Source: Squalus acanthias
Lineage: Eukaryota
Assembly: GCA_030390025.1 (NCBI GenBank)
Contig: CM059432.1
Location: forward strand, 64,730,001-64,794,000
Reading direction: 5' to 3'
Length of the DNA stretch: 64,000 nt
Below the pieces are notes generated by a model. The model worked only from the letters and a program-made list of their open reading frames with translations. It made no database searches and was not told the origin of the DNA. Position 1 is the stretch's first letter, and the number at the start of each line of letters is the position of its first letter. Positions 49,790 to 61,195 of this stretch are shown here, in pieces. The position numbers and the translations under genes were made by a program.

Positions 49790-52700
49790 ATCTTCTCTAC
49801 ATCTACCCTATCAGACTTTTCCATAAACTTAAAGACCTCTATCTAGTCACCCCTCAGCTTTCTCTTTTCTAGAGAAAAAGCCCCAGGCTGTTCAATTTTT
49901 CCTGATAGGTATAACCTCTCAGTTCTGGAATTATCCTAGTAAATTTTTATTGTACCTTCTCCATTGCCTCTATATCCTTTTTATATTATGGAGACCAGCT
50001 TTTTGATAACTAGCCTCACAATGATTCACTTTTTCACCTGTGCCAAAGGGCACTCAATACTGTGTACCTGTGTTTCATGTTCCAATCCACGTCACCTTAT
50101 ATTTATTCACATTAAAAATCCATCAGCCATTCCTTAACACTTTTCCTTAATTGGTTCAGATCCCACTGAGTGCCATCAATCGCCCTTTTATTAATAGCTG
50201 TGTCACAATTTTTATTAAATGATTTACTGAATACTCGCTATACTGTATGCTCTGACAAAAATTGCTTAATATATGTAATCTTAGGATAGAATTTTAAGGG
50301 TGGTTCACAATCTGGTGCTCCAACAGGGATCGCATCTCTTGCATATCTCATGAAATCGCAGCCAGACATTATTATTAATATTAATGTCCAGATTTAACAA
50401 ATTAAGGCTCCTGATGCGGAGCTTCCTTTGATGCAGAGCTTCCTTTGATGTGATGTATATCAGGAATTAGGGCATCATGTCAGTGCAGCCCACCCGATTT
50501 CCATGCATTAATTTTAATGGACAGAATTGTGCATAATGTGCTAAAATTCCTGATGTCCACTGCTATTACACAAAGCTCTATGATAAAATCCAACCTATAT
50601 GTTTGCTGTAGCATTGACATCTTGAAATACAGCAATGCAGGAGAGTAAAACAGCCACCAATTTTCTAAGTAGCTCTAGTGTCATAATTGGACTTAAAAAG
50701 CAATCTGGCAGCACTCTACTACTCTAATAAAAGTTTCCATTTTTTGTAATTCATGATCATTTCAGTTCCCATTTTCTGAATGCGCATCTTCCTTTTACAA
50801 GTGTCATAAACTAACTTACTATTTTTGATGGGTAAGTAAAGGTGAAATATAATCATAGTGACATTGATGTCATGGAATGTGCACCTTTTTGCATTTCCTT
50901 TGTATAAATGGGCTGATGGAGAATTCAAATCTCATTTTCACACAAATTAGTGATATTTGGGCAATAGCAGCAGTTAATAGAGTAATTCAATTGGATGATT
51001 TATTTACCTGAAGAGAAAATTAAACAGGAAGTCCTGATTAAGGTTAATTTAAAGCATTAATAAAGTTTTCTCCTTCAGATATTGTAAGATAAAAGATCAC
51101 TTCAATCCATTCCTGACCATAAAATCATTGCGTAAGGACCACTGATTACGGAAAGAGAGATAAACATGTGTTACTTTGTCAATTCAAGACTAACTTTATT
51201 AACAAAGCTGACACTGGTTATACATGGAAGGAATGACAGTACAACCTTAACTTGGAGAGTGACGCTCAAGACCTTGGGTTGATCTTCTGGAGTTTTCCAG
51301 ACGTCCCCTGACGTCACCTCTTCTTCAGCATAGCTTAGATGTCATTCCTTTTTTATGCCTCATCACTGCTTTCATGTCTACATTAAACAAGCTCCAACCA
51401 AGAAAGGGATAGATTAAAGTCTTCTGTAGTCATTGTTTTGTCCAATATATTTGAGTGGTGTTGATCTAAAGATATGACTTCCCCACACCCGTGGGTTTGT
51501 TGACAGTTCCTTCTGATAATCGTCTGGGATATTGTCCTTGTTGTATGTGGCTTCACCACCTATTTTGCTTTGAAGTCACAGCTCTCTGCTACTGATTTTG
51601 CTCTGACGTCTCAGCATTTTCTCATGACCTTGTGACAAGCAGTCCATCATGCTTTCTGATGTTACTGAAGGACCAGGATACCTTCAATATTGACTGATTG
51701 TCACTGTTTTTATTTCAGATTTCCAGCAGTTTCTTTTTTTTATCTTTTCAATGTTTTACATTACAGATCATTAGCAATATGCTAAGGAAGATATAGGCCC
51801 TGATTTTGGGGTCAGCGGCGAACGAACGGCGCTAGCTGTTTATTATACTTACACTTGCCCACAGACTTTCTGTGGGCTTTTGTATTGGAAATTGCGGTTA
51901 TAAAAAATCAAAAACAGCGTGACGCCCTCTACAGGGATCTGGGCCCTGTGTGAACAGGACAAAGAACAGCGTGTCTCCTTAACCAATCGGATTGAAGAAT
52001 CCTTACTGAGGCACGCAGAGTCTAAACCAGGAAGTGTAAGTTAGAATAGTTAATTTAATGTCAAATTATGTACAGCAAGTGAAATAGAGGGAAAGAAAGA
52101 TGGGATTAAAAGAAAGAGAGATAAAAGAGACAGAAAGAAAAAATAAGGTTTTTTATATCTCTAACAATAATTAAAATCTGAAGGAATGATACTCCACACT
52201 TGTAAACGTTAAATTTCAGTGCCAGAGAGGTTGTTTGACAATAATTAAGACTTATCATGTCATCAAAAGTTCACTTATACTTGAATGGACAAGCCCTAAC
52301 TTTTTCTGGCGTGTTTAATGGGTATCTCTCATTAAGTACCCCAACTTCATGTCGTTGCATGTATTTGAATGCTGAGTCAATTGGCAAGATACCGGGATAA
52401 CGAAGCTTTTGGAGGAGCACGGCAACTTGGACAGCAACTCCCTGATTTCCACGTTTAACTGTGCATTTTAGGTATGTGAAAAGGAAAAGACTGGCGAAGG
52501 TAAATGTAGGTCCTTTACAGTCAGAGACAGGAGAATTTATAATGGGGAATGAGGAAATGGCTAAGAAATTAAATAAATACTTTGTTTCTGTCTTCACGGA
52601 GGAAGACACAAAAAACCTCCCAGAAATACGAGAAAACCAAGGGTGTGACGAGAATGAGGAACTTAAAGAAATTATTATTAGTAAAAAAACAGTACTAGCA

Positions 52701-54432
52701 AAATTAATGGGACTAAAAGTCGATAAATCCCAAGGACCGGATGATCTACATCCTAGGGTTTTGAAAGAGGTGGCCATTGGAATAGTGGACGCATTGGTTG
52801 TCATCTTCCAAAATTCTATAGATTCTGGAACGGTTCCTGCAGATTGGAGGATAGCAAATGTAACCCCGCTATTTAAGAAAGGAGGGAGAGAGAAAGCAGG
52901 GAACTACAGACCTATTAGCCTCACATCAGTAGTTGGGAAAATGCTGGAATCTATTATAAAGGATGCAATAACTGGGCACTTAGAAACTAATAGTAAGATT
53001 GGGCAGAGTCAACATGGATTTATGAAAGGGAAATCCTGTTTGACAAACCTATTGGAGTTCTTTGAGGATGTAACTAGTGGAGTAGACAAAGGGGAACCGG
53101 TAGATGTGGTGTATCTGGATTTTCAGAAGGCCTTCGATAAGGTCCCACACAAGAGGTTGATGAACATAATTAGGGCACATGGAATTGGGGGTAATATACT
53201 AGCATAGATTGAGAATTGGTTAACAGACAGAAAACAAAGAGTAGGGATAAAGGATGGCAGGCTGTGACTAGTGGGGTACCACAAGGATCAGTGCTTGGGC
53301 CCCAGCTAGTCACAATCTATATCAATGATTTGGATGAGGGGACTGCTGATGATACAAAGCTAGGTGGCAGTGTCAGTTGCGAAGAGGATGTGAAGAGGCT
53401 TCAAGGGGATCTCGACAGGCTCAGTGAGTGGGCGAGAACATGGCAGATGGAATATAATGTGGATAAATGTGAAGTTATCCACTTTGGTAGAAAAAACAGA
53501 AAGGCAGAGTATTTCCTAAATGGTGTACGATTGGGGAATGCAGATGCTCAAAGGGACCTGGGTGTCCTTGTACATGAGTCACTGAAAGTGAATGTGCAGG
53601 TGCAGCAAGCCATTAGGAAGGCAAATGGTATGCTGGCCTTCATTACAAGAGGATTTGAGTACAGGATTAAAGAAGTCTTACTCCAATTATATAGGGCCTT
53701 TGTGGTAACACAATACAGCTTCCTGTGACTCGAACTTTATTGCATCACTTCCTGTGATTAGTCCAGGATAAATACTGGGCTGATCAGTTGGATCCTGGAG
53801 AGGCATAGAGTAAGACCTCTTTTGTATGTAGCACCTTTTTAGTTGATTAAAGCTTACTTTAAGTTCACCACGCGTAAGGCTCATTCTTACGACAATTTAA
53901 TCAACTTTGGAAAACTTCGCACTCAAACTTTTTGGACGAACTCGGAACTAAGGATCCAGGGAATCACCCATCATGGAAAACATCCTTAAACCATCGCGTC
54001 TTGACTTGGACCCAAACACCCCAGCAGCCGGTAAGGTGTGGAAACACTGGTATCGCACGTTTGACAATTTTCTTGAATATTGTAAGGCTGATGATAACTC
54101 AAAGTTGCGGATACTCATCAACTGTGTCACCCCGAATTTATTTCAGTATGTGGAGAAATGGGACAGTCACGAGGAGGCAATTCGGACGCTTAAGAGACGA
54201 TATACTAAGACACCGAATGAGGTCTATGCCAGACATCTACTAGCTACAGCCCAACAAGGGCCGGAGGAATCCATTGATAAATTCCTCCAAGAGCTTCGCA
54301 GACTTAGTATGGACTGTGACTTTCGGGTGGCCTCAGCTGAGCTGTACCGTGAAGAAATGATCCGTGATGCTTTCATCTGCGGGCTTGCCTCCCCATTTAT
54401 ACGCCAGCGTCTACTGGAAAGTAAGACACTTG

Positions 54433-55175
54433 GGGGTAAAAATTGAGTCGCGCCCCATTTGGGGCGCTAACCTCGCCGGGGTGCGACTTTTAGCGCCCCG
54501 AAAAAATTAGCGGCCCCGCGCCGGAACTTCAGTGGTTGCGCCCCAAGAGGGAAGCGGGGCGCTACTGGAAGCACCCCGCATCCCTCTTGGGGCGCTGCGA
54601 GTGAATATCCTGGCGCTACGTGCCGCAGTATTGCAGGCCTTCCTCCCCTTCTTAAAGGGGAGGGACCCTGCGCAGCGCGAACCGGGGCCCAGCTGGGCCC
54701 CCAGGGATCGGGAGTGCCGGCAAAAGAGCCCGGCACTCAAGAGAAGTGCCGGGCTCTTGGAGCGCAGCCGGCACTTCACGGTGGGGGGGCTTCACGGGGG
54801 CCGGGGACAGCAACGGGGGCAGGTGCTGGCAGGCGGCCAGCAACAAAAATGGCCGCCTGCCACCTCCCCTTTAAATATCGCCGCCCCGGCCGCACGTACG
54901 CCTCCCTGAACCCGTCGGACATAGCGTCTGGCGGTAAATCAGGGGGCGCGACTGAAGATCACGGCCGGGGCGCGAGCGGGGTGCTGCGCACGGCGATGAC
55001 GTCATCGTCGGCGGCGCAGCGCCACAGGGCGCTACCGGCTGCCGCCGCCGCTAACCTCCCACTAAATTTTTCGGGAGGCGTGGGCGGCGCTGCGCCCGGG
55101 CGTTAGCTGCTTTACGCCCCATTAGCGCCCTCTTAAGGCGCTAACGGGAGGCGCAAGCAGCTGAATTTTTCCCCC
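54433..55175. mobile_element. Harbinger-type MITE, 743 bp, inserted in gag
   Basis: Ends GGGGTAAAAATT / AATTTTTCCCCC; TSD TTG; removal restores ESKTL-ELQRAY. Confidence 0.93.
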
Positions 55176-55409
55176 TTGAGCTTCAGAGAGCTTATGACAT
55201 GGCTTGCTCTCTAGATCTGGCAAAAAGAAATGCAGACTTTTATACAGTGCCCAGACCTCGGTCTACTGCCTTAACTACAGTCAGGCAATTTAAGAGGCCA
55301 CAGGTGAACTCTATTAGGGAGGTCTTTATCCCTGACGATCAATCTGATGACTTCACTGATGAAGAGGATGATGACCCCACTGTGGCAGCCTCTTGGCAAT
55401 CTAAGAAAT

Positions 55410-55874
55410 AGAAACATAGAAACATAGAAACATAGAATCTAGGAGCAGGAGTAGGCCATTTGGCCCGTCGAGCCTGCTCCACCATTCAATACGATCATGG
55501 CTGATCATCCAAATCCAATACCCTGTCCCTGCTTTAATCCCCACAGTACACACATCCCACCCTACCCCCGTAACCCCACGTATTTAATTCCCCCTAACAT
55601 ATCCCATCCTATCCCCATAACCCCACATATTTAATCCCCCCCTAACACTAAGGGTCAATTTATCATAGCCAAATCAACCTAACCCGCACATTTTTGGACT
55701 GTGGGAGGAAACCGGAGCACCCGGAGGAAACCCACGCAGACACGGGGAGAATGTGCAAACTCCACACAGACAGTCACCCGAGGTCAGATTCGAACCCGGG
55801 TCCCTGGCGCTGTGAGGCACCAGTGCTAACCACTATGCCACCGTGTTGCCCTTTATGCCACCGTGTTGCCCTTT
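55410..55874 (-). mobile_element. HE1-like V-SINE (tRNA head, V domain, CR1-derived 3' tail) inserted in gag
   Basis: Minus-strand A box GTGGCATAGTGG and B box GGTTCGAATC; V-domain GCGTGGGTTTCCTCCGGGTGCTCCGGTTTCCTCCCACA; CR1-like tail with CATAGAAA repeats. Confidence 0.88.
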
Positions 55875-57166
55875 TGCTTCTTTTGTGGTGATGAGTTCCA
55901 CCCTCGGAAATTCTGCCCTGCTCGCAATGCGTTTTGCAGTCATTGCAACAAAAAGGGTCATTTTGCAAAGGTTTGCCTATCAAGAGCCTCTACGAGGGCT
56001 TATCAAGCTAAGTCCTACCGAACTGCCCGGTAAGGGCCTATCAAGATGTTCCGGCTAAAATCTATCGTGCTTCCTCTCGAAGAAACACACCTAGAGTTTC
56101 AGCCACTCTTTGTGCAATGACACCAATTACAGCTGCTTGTCCTCAGAACCTATTCCATGCAGCTACAAAAGCATCAATTAATGGACATACTTTAGATGCC
56201 TTAATTGACTCAGGTAGCACTGATCGTTTCATTAGGGAACAGATTGTTGCAGAGTTAAAGCTACATGTTTTCCCATCGGACCAGGCAGTTGCGATGGCTC
56301 AGTCATCACTTAATACCAGAATTTCTGGCTTTTGTATGGTTGAAATAACACTTAATGGTCGCAGGTATCCCTCCACCCGGCTTTCGGTGCTCAAGGACTT
56401 ATGTAGTGATCTTATCTTAGGGCTGGATTTTCAAAAGCAGCATAAGAAGCTCACCATTGAGTTCGGCGGATCCAAACCTGAACTCACTATTTCTAATATA
56501 CTACCTCGATTACCATTCTGTGCATTGTCAGCAGCTTCACTGGATGAACCCTCACTGTTTTCCAGTATCCTTCCTCGATGCAAACCGATTATAACAAAGT
56601 CACGACGTTTCAGTCAGGAAGACCAGTCTTTTATTACGGCTGAGATTTCTCGGCTTTTAGCAGAGGATATCATCGAGCCTTGTTCGTCGCCATGGCGCGC
56701 CCAGGTCGTTATTGTTAAGAACCCTCTACAACCTCACAAGAAACGGCTGTGAATTGACTATTCACAGACCATCAATCAATATACGGACTTGGACGCATAC
56801 CCATTGCCGCGCATCGATGATATGGTTAATAAATTGGCTGAGTACACGGTGTTCTCAACATATGATCTAAAAAGTGCCTATCATCAGGTACCCTTGAAGG
56901 TCTCAGACAAGCAGTATACGGCCTTTGAAGCCAATGGACGGCTGTATCAATTTCGTCGCCTCCCCTTTGGGGTCACTAATGGAGTGGCTGTCTTCCAGCG
57001 AGCAATGGATGACCTGGTCAAACAGGAAGACTTGAAGGATACGTTTCCTTATCTGGACAATATTACTGTCGCAGGTCGCAATCAACGGGAACATGACGCC
57101 AATCTCCAACGATTTTGGGACGCACTCCAGCACCGCAATTTGACATTAAATGCGGCTAAATCCATT

Positions 57167-57909
57167 GGGGGAAAAATTCAGCTGCTTGCGCCTCCCGTTA
57201 GCGCCTTAAGAGGGCGCTAATGGGGCGTAAAGCAGCTAACGCCCGGGCGCAGCGCCGCCCACGCCTCCCGAAAAATTTAGTGGGAGGTTAGCGGCGGCGG
57301 CAGCCGGTAGCGCCCTGTGGCGCTGCGCCGCCGGCGATGACGTCATCGCCGTGCGCAGCACCCCGCTCGCGCCCCGGCCGTGATCTTCAGTCGCGCCCCC
57401 TGATTTACCGCCAGACGCTATGTCCGACGGGTTCAGGGAGGCGTACGTGCGGCCGGGGCGGCGATATTTAAAGGGGAGGTGGCAGGCGGCCATTTTTGTT
57501 GCTGGCCGCCTGCCAGCACCTGCCCCCGTTGCTGTCCCCGGCCCCCGTGAAGCCCCCCCACCGTGAAGTGCCGGCTGCGCTCCAAGAGCCCGGCACTTCT
57601 CTTGAGTGCCGGGCTCTTTTGCCGGCACTCCCGATCCCTGGGGGCCCAGCTGGGCCCCGGTTCGCGCTGCGCAGGGTCCCTCCCCTTTAAGAAGGGGAGG
57701 AAGGCCTGCAATACCGCGGCACGTAGCGCCAGGATATTCACTCGCAGCGCCCCAAGAGGGATGCAGGGTGCTTCCAGTAGCGCCCCGCTTCCCTCTTGGG
57801 GCGCAACCACTGAAGTTCCGGCGCAGGGCCGCTAATTTTTTCGGGGCGCTAAAAGTCGCGCCCCGGCGAGGTTAGCGCCCCAAATGGGGCGCGACTCAAT
57901 TTTTACCCC
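57167..57909. mobile_element. Second copy of the 743-bp MITE, inverted, inserted in RT
   Basis: Reverse complement of 54433-55175 with about five substitutions seen; flanks ATT/AAT; removal restores AAKSI-ESQPTINIL. Confidence 0.93.
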
Positions 57910-60900
57910 AATGAGTCACAACCAACCATCAACATCCTTAGCTATTGTGTGGGCAATGGCATCATTAAACCTGACCCTGAAAGGCTTCGCCCACTCCAAG
58001 AACTCCCGCCACCTAAGAATCCGGCCTCCTTGCGCCGGGCCCTCGGCCTGTTTGCATACTATGCTAAATGGATTCCTAACTTCTCGGACCGAATCCAACC
58101 TCTACTGAAGGCCAGCACATTCCCACTAGACACAGCGGCTGTTGCAGCCTTTAACCTCCTGAAAAAACAGTTGGAGAAAGCGACTCTTCACTCCATCGAT
58201 GAGAGTCTTCCTTTTGTCGTTGAGTGTGATGCCTCAGAGGTGGCGATCTCAGCCACTCTGAATCAGGAAGGTCGTCCGGTGGCATTTTTGTCCAGGACTT
58301 TTCAAGGGGCTGAGCTACATTATCCTCCAGTCGAGAAAGAAGCTACAGCCATCATAGAGGCAGTACGGAAGTGGAGTCATCTCCTAGCTCGCCAGCACTT
58401 TACCTTAATCACGGACCAGCGATCGGTCGCCTTCATGCTCGATAATCGAAAACGGACTAAAATTAAAAATAATAAAATCCAGCTTTGGCGGCTGGAATTG
58501 GCCTCTTTTGGTTACACCATCCACTATCGACCTGGCAAGGAGAATGTGGCTCCGGATACCCTCACACGAGCATTCTGCTCCGCCATGGCACCCTCTACGC
58601 TCGTAGACATCCATGATGGGTTGTGTCATCCGGGCGTTACTCGCATGCTACACTTCGTGCGGTCCCGAAATCTCCCATTCTCTACCGGGGATGTAAAGAA
58701 GATGTGCTTGGACTGCAGAGTCTGTGCGGAATTGAAACCTCGGTTTTTCCGCCCCTCGGGTGGTATACTCATACATGCGACCCAGCCAATGCAACGGCTT
58801 AGCATCGATTTTAAGGGGCTGTTGCCCTCTTCAACTCGCAACACTTATCTATTGACCATGGTCGATGAGTATTCCCGTTTTCCGTTTGCCTTTCCCTGCC
58901 CCAATATGCTGACGACCACGGTTATCAGCTGCCTTGAGCAGGTATTTGCTTTCTGTGGCATGGCATCCTATGTTCATTCGGATCGGGGCCCTTCTTTTAT
59001 GTCAGGAGAACTCAAGGCCTATCTCTCGGAACGGGGTATTGCTGCCAGCAAAACGACGCCTTATCATCCGGTCGGGAATGGGCAAGTCGAGCGTTTTAAC
59101 ACTATCATCTGGAATGCGGTACGTCTGGCTTTGAGATCTCGGGGCCTACCCAACCAGCAATGGGAAGCAGTACTTCCAGACGCATTACACTCCACACGGT
59201 CCCTCCTTTCGACCGCCACAAATACGACGCCTCATGAACGGTTCTTCCGATTTCAGCGTCGCTCATCCTATGGGATATCTCTCCCGTCGTGGCTGACTGC
59301 ACCGGGACCAGTGCTACTCCGAAGATATGTCCGGGCGTCTAAGAATGACCCCCTGGTAGATGAGGTTGAGCTCACTGACGTCAACCCTACCTACGCCTAT
59401 ATTCGGTATCCTGACGGTCGGGAATCTACCGTGTCATTGCGGGATCTGGCTCCCTGCCCACCGAAACATAGAGGGACACCAGGGGATGATATTGTACCAG
59501 GCACATCTCTGGGCTCGCCAGGTGCCTCTCATCACGATCTGGATCTGACACCGGCTGGTACCTCACTCCAGCGTGCCAACCTGGGGCAGACTGACTACGA
59601 GCCCGTCGGGGCTCGCACGCGCAGCCACGATCCACCCTGTACCGTACGCTCGGAAACGGATCTGCCACAGCCCTGCCCGACACCCGTTCGGGCACCAGTA
59701 CACAGTCAGGATCGTCCTGACCCCTCACAGAGCGGGCTGGATCACTCGGACTCTGGTCCACGGCCCGCGACGGGTAAACGGGCTAGGGGCCCTCTACCGC
59801 TACGAGAACCCAAACGGGTGCGGCTCTCCCTCGTCCAGCGGCTACGAAATGGAGGGAGAATGTGGTAACACAATACAGCTTCCTGTGACTCGAACTTCAT
59901 CCCGGCCTCCTAAACTTTTGGGGGGGGGAGAATGTGGTAACACAATACAGCTTCCTGTGACTCGAACTTTATTGCATCACTTCCTGTGATTAGTCCAGGA
60001 TAAATACTGGGCTGATCAGTTGGATCCTGGAGAGGCATAGAGTAAGACCTCTTTTGTATGTAGCACCTTTTTAGTTGATTAAAGCTTACTTTAAGTTCAC
60101 CACGCGTAAGGCTCATTCTTACGACAGCCTTGGTGAGACCACACCTGGAGTACTGTGTACAATTTTGGTCTCCTTACCTAAGGAAGGATATACGTGCCTT
60201 AGGGAGTGCAACGAAGGTTCACGAGATTGATTCCTGGGATGGCGGGACTGTCGTATGAGAAGAGGTTGAGTAAACTAGGCCTGTATTCAGAAGAATGAGA
60301 GGGGATCTCATTGAAGCATACAAGATTATTGCAGGGCTTGATAGGATGGATGTTGGGAGAATGTTTCCCTTGGCTGGGGAGTCTAGAACCAAGGGCCACA
60401 ACCTCAAGATAAAGGGTAGGCCATTCAGGACTGAGATGAGAAGAAATTTCTTCACACAGACGGTGGTGAATATTTGGAATTCTCTACCCCAGTGGGTTGT
60501 GGAGGGTCAGTCATTGGGTATATTCAAAACAGAAGTCGATAGATTTCTGACTAGTAAGGGCATCAAGGGATATGGCGATAGGGCCAGTGAATGGAGTTGA
60601 GGCAGAAGATCAGCCATGATCTCATTGAATGGCGGAGCAGGCTCAAAGGGCCGAATGGCCTACTCCTGCTCCTATTTCTTATGTTCTTATGTACGCTGGA
60701 AGTTGCTGTCCGACTTATTCCTTAATAACGGTGAGCGCTGATAGCCTTACCATTATTTCTATCGTAAAATCTGGGCCATTATAATAACAATGAACATCTG
60801 CATGTAAATTATGCCTTGAGTACACTGTGAAATCATATCTACAGATCCATGTGTGATGGCAATGTGAGGTTTACTTCTGTTTGCTGCTCTGATAGAACAC

Positions 60901-61195
60901 AGTCTGCAGCTCTTCTTTTCTGGGTTTTAAAACTTTACACTTCTAGTTCTAGTTTGGAAGAGGGCAAACTAGTGTAAAAGAAATTAGGCTTAAAGGAGGA
61001 GACGGACTGGTGTTCACTCAATGATTTTGAATTATGTCACCATCCAATGCATTCAATGTTGTCATTAGCTTTGAGAACAAAGTGATTGTTCTGCTGATAA
61101 GGTGAATCTCATCAATATTATTACTATTAATTTGATCAGGTTTTTAACAAACATAATTGATAGTTTTTTCTTTGTGACATGTTGAAACTTGTTTC

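Larger units (their letters stand above)
45055..49998 (-). mobile_element. CR1 3' fragment in pieces (~45055-45290, 48028-48113, 49790-49998)
   Basis: Continuity CTCTGGGTAAAG | TTTATCCTGAATTCCC and GGAAACATC | ATCTTCTCTAC. Confidence 0.8.
53973..59868 (+). pseudogene. Gypsy gag-pol (gag with double zinc knuckle, protease, RT, RNase H, integrase), disrupted
   Basis: Gag MENILKPSRL; knuckles CFFCGDEFH..C and CSHCNKKGHFAKVC; LIDSGS; YLDN; ECDAS; integrase HPGVTRM..GQVERFN. Broken by three insertions and a TGA at 56750. Confidence 0.93.
53701..60126 (+). mobile_element. Full-length Gypsy/Ty3 LTR retrotransposon
   Basis: 194-bp LTRs at 53701-53894 and 59933-60126 (TG..CA, identical by eye); TSD GCCTT; PPT GGGGGGGGGAGAA. 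Confidence 0.97.
52469..60691 (+). mobile_element. CR1 LINE (52469-53700 and 60127-60691) split by a Gypsy insertion
   Basis: ORFs 52461-53207, 53216-53728 and 60295-60600; [12 protein letters not shown] restored on removing the Gypsy; TTCTTATG tail. Confidence 0.95.
51796..60777. mobile_element. Harbinger-type MITE (51796-~52468 plus ~60692-60777) hosting a CR1 > Gypsy > MITE/SINE nest
   Basis: TIRs GGCCCTGATTTT / AAAATCTGGGCC; flanks ATA/ATT. Confidence 0.65.

Noticed and set aside
51008..51142. Upstream exon candidate of the TIR gene
   Set aside because: Stop codons in all three frames
54467..55106. ORFs within the 743-bp MITEs
   Set aside because: GC-rich sequence open in several frames on both strands, with no domain motifs
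55775..55850. tRNA gene (also the tRNA-like sequence at ~1990-2064)
   Set aside because: The A and B boxes are SINE heads continuous with SINE bodies
59760..59850. Ribozyme in the GC-rich segment before the duplicated PPT
   Set aside because: No hammerhead or HDV-like core identifiable by eye; would need an Infernal/Rfam scan
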